NCBI GenBank assembly: GCA_025057135.1
Contig: JANWXY010000085.1
Location: 151-64,150 of the forward strand
Source of the DNA: Bacteroidia bacterium
GTDB lineage: Bacteria > Bacteroidota > Bacteroidia > SpSt-205
DNA: 64,000 bases
Direction of reading: 5' to 3'
Under the pieces are notes generated by a model. The model was not told the origin of the DNA and did not search any database. It was given only the letters and a program-made list of their open reading frames with translations. This document shows positions 56,176 to 64,000 of the stretch, piece after piece; position 1 is the first letter of the stretch; each line of letters begins with the position of its first letter. A program made the position numbers and the translations under genes.

Positions 56176-57380
56176 TCCAAACCACCTATTCTCTCAACGG
56201 TAACCTCCTTCTCTTTGAGCTGGTCATGAAGCCGGGCGTAATAAGGGTTGGCAGTTAGGTCTACTTTGGTCTGACGATGGCAGTTAATGCACCAGCCCAT
56301 GCTTAGGTCGCTATACTGATAGACCTCCTCCATCTCCTGGACGGGACCATGACAGGTCTGACAGGCAATCCCCCCTACCTTTACATGTTGCGCATGATTG
56401 AAATAGACAAAATCCGGTAGATTGTGGATGCGCACCCATTCAATCGGCTTGCCTTCCTGCCAGGAAGCAAGGATTTTACCGATTTCTTTGGTGCCGTACT
56501 TAGAGCCCTCTTGGATGTAGTTGTGACAGTTCATACAAATGTTTGTAGAGGGGATAGTAGCCGACTTTCCTTTTTCCACACCGATATGACAATATTGACA
56601 GGCTATTTTGTACTCGCCAGCATGAGTTTTGTGAGAGAAAGCGATAGGTTGGACGGGTTGATAACCTTTATGGAGGCCAATAGAACGGGCTTTCTTGACA
56701 GTAGCACTGGTGAGCCAAACCAGGACCAACAATGACACTACTCCGAGAAACTTTCGGGAAGATACCACGCTCCAGAGCCTTTCCGCCGTAGATGGCTTAG
56801 GGGCGGCGCTCTCCTCCACTGGACGGAGAATGCGAGAGAGCGCCATTGTGGAAATGATGAGCGCGATACTGATAGCCCCAAGGGAGATTACAAGTATCCA
56901 GAGAATGGGACCTGTTCCTCCACTACCCCCCTCAGCAGATGCAGAAGCTCCTCCACTACCTCCCCCAGCTGGCGTGGCCGCTGCAGAGGCAGCCGCCTGA
57001 GATTCTGATTTGATGTAGCTCAGGATAGATTTTATCTCTGCCTCTGAAAGGGCTGTGAAAGCGGTCATTACCGCTTTGTTGTACTCTTCATAGAGCTTTT
57101 TAGCGTAAGCGGAATTTTTGAAGTTTCCATTGATGTAGGCCTGAGAGTTTTGAATAAATTTCACCATCTCGGCTTCATCTCCTCCCCAGCGCTCATGGGC
57201 ACCTTTCAAAGCGGGACCGACTACGCGACGATTGACAGCATGGCAAGAGGCACAGTTAGCCTGGAAGAGCGCCTTTCCATCCTGTGCCCACACAAGCCCT
57301 AATATGGCTACTATCCAGTATCTGCGCATAGTGAGTTTCATTTCCATCTGAAAACCGAAGCAAAGGTAATGAAGTTCCAT
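56154..57380 (-). CDS. actA: Alternative complex III multi-heme cytochrome c subunit ActA. It has six CxxCH sites: an N-terminal monoheme domain plus a pentaheme domain.
   Basis: CASCH, then a TM helix, then CQYCH, CMNCH, CQTCH, CINCH, CSKCH. The likely start is one of the internal ATGs (57341 or 57329, giving an MRRYWIVAILGLVWA signal). Confidence 0.8.
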   Translation of the reverse strand: MELHYLCFGFQMEMKLTMRRYWIVAILGLVWAQDGKALFQANCASCHAVNRRVVGPALKGAHERWGGDEAEMVKFIQNSQAYINGNFKNSAYAKKLYEEYNKAVMTAFTALSEAEIKSILSYIKSESQAAASAAATPAGGGSGGASASAEGGSGGTGPILWILVISLGAISIALIISTMALSRILRPVEESAAPKPSTAERLWSVVSSRKFLGVVSLLVLVWLTSATVKKARSIGLHKGYQPVQPIAFSHKTHAGEYKIACQYCHIGVEKGKSATIPSTNICMNCHNYIQEGSKYGTKEIGKILASWQEGKPIEWVRIHNLPDFVYFNHAQHVKVGGIACQTCHGPVQEMEEVYQYSDLSMGWCINCHRQTKVDLTANPYYARLHDQLKEKEVTVERIGGLECSKCHY

Positions 57381-58010
57381 TTACTTGCAGCTATGTTTCC
57401 GCAGTTCTAACTGGTGACGAAGCGAGTCCACTTGGCGTTGTAGAGAGAGGACATACAGAGTGAGCTCCTCTATTTTCTCCATCATAAGGCGCTGACTCTC
57501 AACGACAGAGATACCTTTCTGAGCTATATCATCTGCGGAGGGCATACCGGGTAAGCGCTGATGTTTCTGGATGTATGCTTCTAACTCATACAGGGAGCGA
57601 AGCCGATAGCCAGGGGAAAACACATAATCAGGCCAGCGACGCTGCGTATCTCTGGCTACGATTTCTTTGACTGTGATGGGAGCTTCAAAGCTGAAGGGGC
57701 CCTTAGCAATCCCACGACCATCCCCATACACGACGAATAGGTCGTAAGGCGTAATAGTGTCTTTGCTCGTACAGATGGCAAGGGCCTTGGTATTTGCAGC
57801 ATTTGGACCTTCCACCTGGGCGAAAAAGGTATATCCCCATTCCCCGCCAGGTGCGTGATAGATATGCAGTCCGCCTGTTCCAGTCCCTTTACCAATGTTA
57901 AGAGGAGTGGAAAGGTTATATTCTCTACTCTCGGGGTCATAAGTTAGTGCATCATCACAGCAGCCGGATAGCCAGAAGCTGAGGACTAAAACCACGCCAC
58001 ATGACCTCAT
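57381..58010 (-). CDS. Hypothetical lipoprotein with a C-terminal coiled coil.
   Basis: MRSCGVVLVLSFWLSGCC lipobox from the ATG at 58010. C-terminal WPDYVFSPGYRLRSLYELEAYIQKHQRLPGMPSADDIAQKGISVVESQRLMMEKIEELTLYVLSL. Confidence 0.45.
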   Translation of the reverse strand: MRSCGVVLVLSFWLSGCCDDALTYDPESREYNLSTPLNIGKGTGTGGLHIYHAPGGEWGYTFFAQVEGPNAANTKALAICTSKDTITPYDLFVVYGDGRGIAKGPFSFEAPITVKEIVARDTQRRWPDYVFSPGYRLRSLYELEAYIQKHQRLPGMPSADDIAQKGISVVESQRLMMEKIEELTLYVLSLQRQVDSLRHQLELRKHSCK

Positions 58011-58062
58011 ATCAGGCAAATATACTCCTAAGCTGCAAAGCCCCGAGTACCTTTGCGACGGC

Positions 58063-60546
58063 ATGACAGCGCTGCTAATATGGCTACAAAGCTGGCAGGT
58101 CGCGACCGCATACAAACAAATGGTGCAGAACCTCAAGGTATTTTCCGGACATACCCAACAAGCATGGGTGGGCTACCTCACCACACGAGCGGGGAAGACG
58201 CATTTACACTTACACCTAATAGACACCAGCGGTTATGAGCCTTTGGGTAGAAATGGCGCCTGCTTATCCTGTGGAGATAATCTCTCCGTAAATACTTGGG
58301 AGGCAAGCGTAGGAGAAAAAAACTGGCTCTACATCAGCTGGAGTACGGAGCAAAAAACTCAAATCCAAAGCTTAGACCCCGAGGGTATCATGAGGTGGCG
58401 TGCAGAGGCTATGTTCCCAGCTCGGCAAATCTCTCTTTTACCCCATCCAGAAGGCGGCGCTGTGGCTCTCCTCCGCAGTGAGCGCGCCCTCAAGCTATAC
58501 TTCTGGGACAGTAGCGGAAAGGTTCAAATAGAGCAGGACTTACTTCCATCAGAAATGCCCTGTCGCAGCGCTCGTCTAATCAGCAGTAGTGTAGAAGGCT
58601 TCATCGCTCTGTGGGAAGCTTACACAGGCAGCCGCTGGGAAGTCTTCTTTCAGAAATGGCTGTGGAAAAATAAACCTGATGCACCCGCCCGCCCCCTTTC
58701 CCAGCTTTCTCACAGCATAGAAGGCATGGAGATCATCGGAGATGGATTTGGAGGGATGTTAGGTGTGTATGAAAGCGTCTCGCTCACTGGCTCAGGCAAG
58801 GACCTTCACCTCGTGCGCTACAATCGCAGCGGTACCCGTCTGTATGAAGTTCCCTTATGCCAAGAAGCTGGCGATCAGCAAAAACCTCGCATATACAAGC
58901 GCGGCACAGACCTCTTGATCGTCTGGGAGGATAACCGGAATCAAGATTGGGACCTGTACTACCAACGGGTAGACATCTCCTCGGGGCGGCTTTTATTAGC
59001 AGCAGAAGGCGTACCTCTGGTGCGCTTACCAGGTCCGCAACACCATCCAGAAATCATCTTAGACTACTTTCAAAATGAAATGATAGTAATATGGGAGGAC
59101 TACCGCCGCATCCAAGGGGATATTTACCTCCAGCGCTACACCGCCGATGCCAAACCGCTCTGGGAGTTCACTGGACGGCCTTTAGCTACTGGGCAGCCTC
59201 AGCAGTATCAGTTTTGCACGGCAGCTCAGGATTTTCAGCTTTTCTGGGTAGCTTATTTGGAGGATGAAGGGGAAGCGGGCATCCAACCTCATATTGCGCT
59301 CCTAACTACCCAGGGAGAAAGTCGCCTACACCGCCGCTTAGCCGGAAATACCTCTCAGCCCTTTGCACGAGCTGCCGCCCTTACAGCTCATCCATGGAAA
59401 GAGAACCTACTCCTCATTTGGCAGGACAATAGAGATGATAATCAGCTTCCACAGCTCTATGTCCAGCTCCTCTCCTCTGAAAGAAAACCTCTCTGGGGCC
59501 CCTATGGCATCCCCATAAGCCCTCAGACTACGCTCACCCAGAAAAATCCGCGAATCCACTTCCAGGGAGACACCGCATGGATTCTCTGGGAGGGAGAAGA
59601 GTCCGATGTGGAATCGGACCTTTTCGTTCAAGCTCTCACTCTACAAGGTAGGAAGCTATTTTCCAAACCACTACCTATATGCCTCGCTGATAGGGTGCAG
59701 ACGGAAGCACAGTGGGTGGCTCATGCCCATCATTTATACGCCTACTGGACGGACAATCGCAGTATGGAAGAAACGGGATTTGATTTATACCTGCGGCAGA
59801 TTGTACCGCTTAGTCCAGAGATAGGATGGAGAGTGACTCGTTCCTTTCAAAATTCAGCTCACATAGCCCCCTCGGGTGATCCCAATCGCTTGCACCACCT
59901 CTGGCAAGAAGATGTGAATGGTAAATATCAAGTAGCCTATGCACTCTCCGCTATTGGCGAAGTAGGTACTCCCATCCTCCTTTCCCCCACCTCCAGGCCT
60001 CAGCGATTTCTTCATTCTGTCACGGACGCCTCTGGGCAGCTTTACGCTGCTTTCTGCGAAGAGGCGCGCGGCCCCTATGAGCAAGCTCTGCGCCTATTCG
60101 CTATTTCGCCTCTGGGGGAGATTCGTTGGCAGCTCACCTCCCCCTCTGCTTACAAGCACCATCTGTATCCTAAGCTCTTTATCCTACCAACAGGCGAACT
60201 GCTAACTCTATATCTCGCTACATCGGACTCCAAACTGTGGGACCTGCTTTTCCTCCTCACATCCAAGGATGGGAATGTCCTACTCAAAGGCTCTCTCTTA
60301 AGCCCTGTACCAGAGCGCAGTGAATATACCATGGTCGCAACAAAAAGCGGCTATTGGTTACTTCTCCGCATGCCGAATGGACACAACCTATACCATAGTA
60401 GCCGACTAGAAAGCATGAAGCCTAGAAAACTGCCCGGCAGCTGTGCCGAGGGATATCTTTTTAGTTGGCAAGGAGAACCATTTTTGTTCTGGACTGATGT
60501 GGAAAGAAAAACCTTGACCCTTTCCCCATTATCCCCATCGCCTTAG
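58063..60546 (+). CDS. Hypothetical 827-aa protein with tandem [hh]W.D.R...D[IL]Y.Q repeats (TolB/PD40-like beta-propeller repeats).
   Basis: Repeats IVWEDNRNQDWDLYYQRV, IVIWEDYRRIQGDIYLQRY, LLIWQDNRDDNQLPQLYVQL, WILWEGEESDVESDLFVQAL, YAYWTDNRSMEETGFDLYLRQI. Confidence 0.45.
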   Translation: MTALLIWLQSWQVATAYKQMVQNLKVFSGHTQQAWVGYLTTRAGKTHLHLHLIDTSGYEPLGRNGACLSCGDNLSVNTWEASVGEKNWLYISWSTEQKTQIQSLDPEGIMRWRAEAMFPARQISLLPHPEGGAVALLRSERALKLYFWDSSGKVQIEQDLLPSEMPCRSARLISSSVEGFIALWEAYTGSRWEVFFQKWLWKNKPDAPARPLSQLSHSIEGMEIIGDGFGGMLGVYESVSLTGSGKDLHLVRYNRSGTRLYEVPLCQEAGDQQKPRIYKRGTDLLIVWEDNRNQDWDLYYQRVDISSGRLLLAAEGVPLVRLPGPQHHPEIILDYFQNEMIVIWEDYRRIQGDIYLQRYTADAKPLWEFTGRPLATGQPQQYQFCTAAQDFQLFWVAYLEDEGEAGIQPHIALLTTQGESRLHRRLAGNTSQPFARAAALTAHPWKENLLLIWQDNRDDNQLPQLYVQLLSSERKPLWGPYGIPISPQTTLTQKNPRIHFQGDTAWILWEGEESDVESDLFVQALTLQGRKLFSKPLPICLADRVQTEAQWVAHAHHLYAYWTDNRSMEETGFDLYLRQIVPLSPEIGWRVTRSFQNSAHIAPSGDPNRLHHLWQEDVNGKYQVAYALSAIGEVGTPILLSPTSRPQRFLHSVTDASGQLYAAFCEEARGPYEQALRLFAISPLGEIRWQLTSPSAYKHHLYPKLFILPTGELLTLYLATSDSKLWDLLFLLTSKDGNVLLKGSLLSPVPERSEYTMVATKSGYWLLLRMPNGHNLYHSSRLESMKPRKLPGSCAEGYLFSWQGEPFLFWTDVERKTLTLSPLSPSP

Positions 60547-60604
60547 AACGGCATTCGGAAAGTGTGGATAGCTCCACCGCTCATAGAGCGATCTTTGTGT
60601 AGGT

Positions 60605-63600
60605 ATGTGTGACTTCGTGCACCTACATGTGCATACCGAATATAGTCTGCTGGATGGTGCATCTCGGGTAGAGGATTTGATACGGCGGGCAAAGTCGCTC
60701 GGTATGTCTGCAATTGCCCTTTCTGACCACGGGAATCTATTCGCTGTACCAAAGTTTTATGCGGAAGCTGAAAAAGCTGGACTCAAGCCCATCATCGGCT
60801 GCGAATTTTACATCGTAGATGGCGAAAGTTTCACAAAGGATAAATCCTACTACCACCTCCTCCTCTTGGCTAAAGACCAAAAAGGCTGGGAAAATCTACT
60901 CTACCTCTCCTCAGTCAGCTTCATAGAAGGCTTTTATTACAAGCCGAGAATACATCGGGGGCTTCTCGAAAACTACCGAGAAGGGCTAATAGCTACCACA
61001 GGTTGCCTCGCCAGTGAAATCAACCAGAAAATCCTCGCCGGACAGATACAAGCTGCCGAGAAGCGCTTCCAGTGGTATTTGGAGCTTTTTGGAGAGGACT
61101 TTTACGTAGAGCTCCAAGATCATGGGCTAAAAGACCAGCACCTTACAGCCGAGTATCTCTTAGAGTGGGCTAAAAAGTACGGCGTAAAAATCCTCGGCAC
61201 CAACGACATACACTATACCTGCGAAGCTGATGCAGATTTACATGACCTCCTTTTAGCCATCCAGACAGGTAGCGATATGGATGATAAAAAGCGCCTGCGC
61301 TTCACTGATGACTTAGGCAATCTCAATAGGCACTTCTACCTCAAAAGTCAAGCGGAAATGATGCAAATGCCTATCTTTCGCGAGCATCCAGAAGCCCTCA
61401 CTCAAACCCGAGAAGTCGCCGAAAAATGCAACTTGACTCTTAACTTCAAGCAGCCGCTCATCCTTCCCCGCTATCCTACCCCCCCCACTTATCCAAGCAT
61501 GGAAGCCTATCTAAGAGACCTATGCTATGAGGGGGCGAAAGGTAAATACGGTGACCCCCTGCCTCCATCCGTCGTAGAACGCTTAGAACATGAGCTGAAA
61601 ATCATCGCTCAAATGGGCTTCTCTGGCTACTTTTTGATTGTACAGGACTTTATCGCAGAAGCTAAGCGCCGTGGCGTATGGGTGGGGCCAGGAAGGGGCT
61701 CGGCTGCAGGGAGTCTGGTCGCATACTGCCTGGGGATTACAAGTATTGACCCCCTGGCATATCAGCTGCTTTTTGAGCGTTTTTTGAACCCAGAGCGCAT
61801 CAGTCCGCCTGATATAGACATAGACTTTGACGACCTCGGACGAGAAGAAGTCATCCGATACGTCCAAGAAAAATACGGACAAGAGAGTGTAGCTCAGATT
61901 ATTACCTACGGAACGATGGGCATCAAAACCGCTATCCGAGATGTAGGACGTGTCCTCAAAGTCTCTCTCTCAGAAGTCAATGAAATCGTAGCCCTCATCC
62001 CTAATAAACCAAACATTACCTGGCAAACTGCCTTAGACCCCGAAGAAAACCCCAAAGCATACCTTCTACACGATATTCTGAATAAAGGACCAGCCAATCT
62101 AAAACGGATGCTGGAGTCGGCGGCGCAGTTAGAAGGTTTGACCCGCCACACAGGTGTGCATGCCGCTGGGGTCATCATCGCTCCTGATAAGCTATGGAAA
62201 TACGTTCCCCTAGCAGTGGCGACCCGTGAAGAGGCTGCCCGTCAAGTAATCACCCAGTGGGACGGCCCAGACTGCGAAAGCGTAGGACTACTTAAGATGG
62301 ATTTTCTCGGGCTCAAGACCCTCTCCATACTCAAAACCGCCGTAGAGCTTATCCAGAAATTAGAAAAGGCAGATGCCCCCATAGACCTGGAAAAAATACC
62401 ACTGGATGATGAAAAGACCTGGAAGCTTTTCCAAGAGGGAAACACCGTCGGCATATTCCAATTTGAGTCGGAGGGGATGCAGAAATATCTACGCATGTTA
62501 CGCCCCACCTGCATTGAAGACCTAATCGCAATGAATGCCTTGTATCGTCCTGGTCCGATGGATAATATCCCCACTTTCGTAAGACGAAAACATGGTGAGG
62601 AGCCCGTGAGTTATCCTGACCCTCGCCTTAGGCCTATTTTGGAAAATACTTATGGTATCATGGTCTATCAGGAGCAGATTATGCAAATAGCTCAGGTAAT
62701 GGCGGGCTATTCCTTAGCCGAAGCGGACCTCCTCCGCCGAGCTATGGGGAAAAAGAAAAAGGAAATTATGGACGAGCAGCGAGCGGTCTTTATCAGCCGA
62801 GCCATAGCTCATAATACAGACCCTCAGGTAGCAGAAGAGGTCTTTGATACGATGGCGCGCTTTGCAGAATACGGCTTCAATAAGTCTCATGCCGCCGCCT
62901 ATAGCATTTTAGCGTACAGGACGGGATTTCTCAAAGCCAACTACCCTGCCGCTTACATGGCAGCTGTCCTCACCCACCACGCCGATGATACGGAAAAAAC
63001 AGGCTTTTTTCTGCAAGAGGTACGCAATCTGGGCATTGAAGTCCTCCCGCCGTGCGTGAATGCCAGCGAAGTTAGCTTCTCCGTCCCGAGCCCAAACGAG
63101 ATTAGATTCGGATTAGGCGCTATAAAGCATCTTGGAGAAAAGTTAGCCCAACTGATTATTGAAGAGAGGCGCCAGAATGGACCATTCAAAGACGTGTTTG
63201 ACTTTGCGGTGCGCATGCTACCTCATGGACTAAATAAGAGGAGCTTAGAAAGTTTGGCCTTTGCGGGCGCTCTGGATATACTCATAGAGGGACAGCGTGA
63301 ATATCTTTTAGAAGAAGCTAACCGCCAACTGATTATGGACTATGCAGCCTCCTATCACAAAGCCACTCAGACCACACAGCTCTCTCTTTTTGACCGTATA
63401 GAAATCGGTCCGCTTCCCAAGCCGCGTTTCCACAACCCACAGCGCCGACTCGCCCTTCCGGAAAAGCTACGACAGGAACGGGAGTACATAGGATTCTTTC
63501 TTTCCTCTCACCCATTAGATGAATATGCACCTTTGATGCGTTCAGCCAATATCATCACGAATGCCAGCGACATCATCAATCAAGAGCTACCCTCGGAGAG

Positions 63601-64000
63601 ACTTATCCGTTCAGCTGCGCTACTCATGGATATAGATGAGCGCCGCTCTAAACAAGGTAAGCCCTACGCTCGGCTCAGCTTTGAAGATAAAGTAGGCAGT
63701 TTCATGCTTACGGTATTTTCTCCCCAATGGGAAACATGGGCAAACCAGCTGCGCGGACACATAGGTGACCCATATTTCATAGAAGCGGAATACCTCCTGC
63801 GTGCGAATGGCTCAGGAGAATGGCGGACCAAACAAATAGCCCCCCTCCCCGATGCCCTCTACAACAGCCTACCCGCCTTATACCTCATATGGGAAGTTTC
63901 CAACCTCAACGAAGATACCCTCGCAGACGTAGTCAACTTGATGGAAAGCTGGAAAGGTACAACCCCCGTGTCATTTGTACTCTTCCATCACAAGACCGCT
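60605..64000 (+). CDS. dnaE: DNA polymerase III subunit alpha. The N-terminal 1132 aa are in the window and the 3' end runs off it.
   Basis: MCDFVHLHVHTEYSLLDGASRVEDLIRRAKSLGMSAIALSDHGNLFAVPKFY (PHP domain). Later GVHAAGVIIA and FNKSHAAAY (polymerase core). The frame is open to position 64000. Confidence 0.9.
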   Translation, partial: MCDFVHLHVHTEYSLLDGASRVEDLIRRAKSLGMSAIALSDHGNLFAVPKFYAEAEKAGLKPIIGCEFYIVDGESFTKDKSYYHLLLLAKDQKGWENLLYLSSVSFIEGFYYKPRIHRGLLENYREGLIATTGCLASEINQKILAGQIQAAEKRFQWYLELFGEDFYVELQDHGLKDQHLTAEYLLEWAKKYGVKILGTNDIHYTCEADADLHDLLLAIQTGSDMDDKKRLRFTDDLGNLNRHFYLKSQAEMMQMPIFREHPEALTQTREVAEKCNLTLNFKQPLILPRYPTPPTYPSMEAYLRDLCYEGAKGKYGDPLPPSVVERLEHELKIIAQMGFSGYFLIVQDFIAEAKRRGVWVGPGRGSAAGSLVAYCLGITSIDPLAYQLLFERFLNPERISPPDIDIDFDDLGREEVIRYVQEKYGQESVAQIITYGTMGIKTAIRDVGRVLKVSLSEVNEIVALIPNKPNITWQTALDPEENPKAYLLHDILNKGPANLKRMLESAAQLEGLTRHTGVHAAGVIIAPDKLWKYVPLAVATREEAARQVITQWDGPDCESVGLLKMDFLGLKTLSILKTAVELIQKLEKADAPIDLEKIPLDDEKTWKLFQEGNTVGIFQFESEGMQKYLRMLRPTCIEDLIAMNALYRPGPMDNIPTFVRRKHGEEPVSYPDPRLRPILENTYGIMVYQEQIMQIAQVMAGYSLAEADLLRRAMGKKKKEIMDEQRAVFISRAIAHNTDPQVAEEVFDTMARFAEYGFNKSHAAAYSILAYRTGFLKANYPAAYMAAVLTHHADDTEKTGFFLQEVRNLGIEVLPPCVNASEVSFSVPSPNEIRFGLGAIKHLGEKLAQLIIEERRQNGPFKDVFDFAVRMLPHGLNKRSLESLAFAGALDILIEGQREYLLEEANRQLIMDYAASYHKATQTTQLSLFDRIEIGPLPKPRFHNPQRRLALPEKLRQEREYIGFFLSSHPLDEYAPLMRSANIITNASDIINQELPSERLIRSAALLMDIDERRSKQGKPYARLSFEDKVGSFMLTVFSPQWETWANQLRGHIGDPYFIEAEYLLRANGSGEWRTKQIAPLPDALYNSLPALYLIWEVSNLNEDTLADVVNLMESWKGTTPVSFVLFHHKTA

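Noticed and set aside
1-64000. Searched for tRNA/rRNA genes, CRISPR arrays, transposases, integrases and other mobile-element hallmarks.
   Set aside because: None is recognisable. Intergenic regions are all shorter than 210 bp and contain only promoter or terminator-like elements. The window appears to be ordinary core chromosome apart from the surface-protein genes.

Overview
This 64 kb window reads as a core chromosomal region of a Bacteroidota (Bacteroidetes) genome. I rate that likely but not proven. Support: two large secreted proteins carry T9SS C-terminal sorting domains (one type A, one type B/CHU_C). Start codons lack Shine-Dalgarno sequences. Several genes have the Bacteroidetes -7 promoter motif TAnnTTTG only 6-17 bp upstream of the ATG. 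The DUF3822-rsmD gene pair, a Rho with a long N-terminal insertion domain, and a complete alternative complex III (actABCDEF) operon are all present.

Gene density is about 95%. I found no tRNA, rRNA, CRISPR, transposase or integrase.

Content in map order:
- recJ (5' partial in window) is translationally coupled to a two-component module: propeller histidine kinase, CheY-like receiver, and receiver-PP2C phosphatase. It sits divergently from recN-tlpA-trx.
- A T9SS beta-helix protein.
- A copper P1B-ATPase.
- An outer-membrane beta-barrel protein plus an orphan nuoD.
- An iron/heme neighbourhood: GWxTD protein, FTR1 permease, metallophosphoesterase, and a HemS/ChuS heme-degrading protein. It flanks a 1339-aa collagen-like T9SS type-B surface protein whose gene contains a G9 homopolymer tract.
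- A receiver-histidine-kinase hybrid with a GalE-like epimerase and a DUF4476 protein.
- rho-rlmN.
- A Fic-fold protein with a degenerate catalytic motif, followed by DUF3822-rsmD.
- A Kelch-repeat secreted protein.
- uvrB preceded on the same strand by mlaF, mlaE, a GAF histidine kinase, two CheY-like receivers and rfbB.
- A tail-fibre-repeat-like secreted protein.
- An MFS transporter co-transcribed with mtaB.
- The ACIII operon.
- A PD40-like repeat protein.
- The 5' part of dnaE.

The most interesting signals are:
- The duplicated, paralogous two-component cassettes that are each wired directly to DNA-repair genes (recJ/recN and uvrB).
- The degenerate Fic protein.
- The collagen-like T9SS protein with a potential slipped-strand switch.
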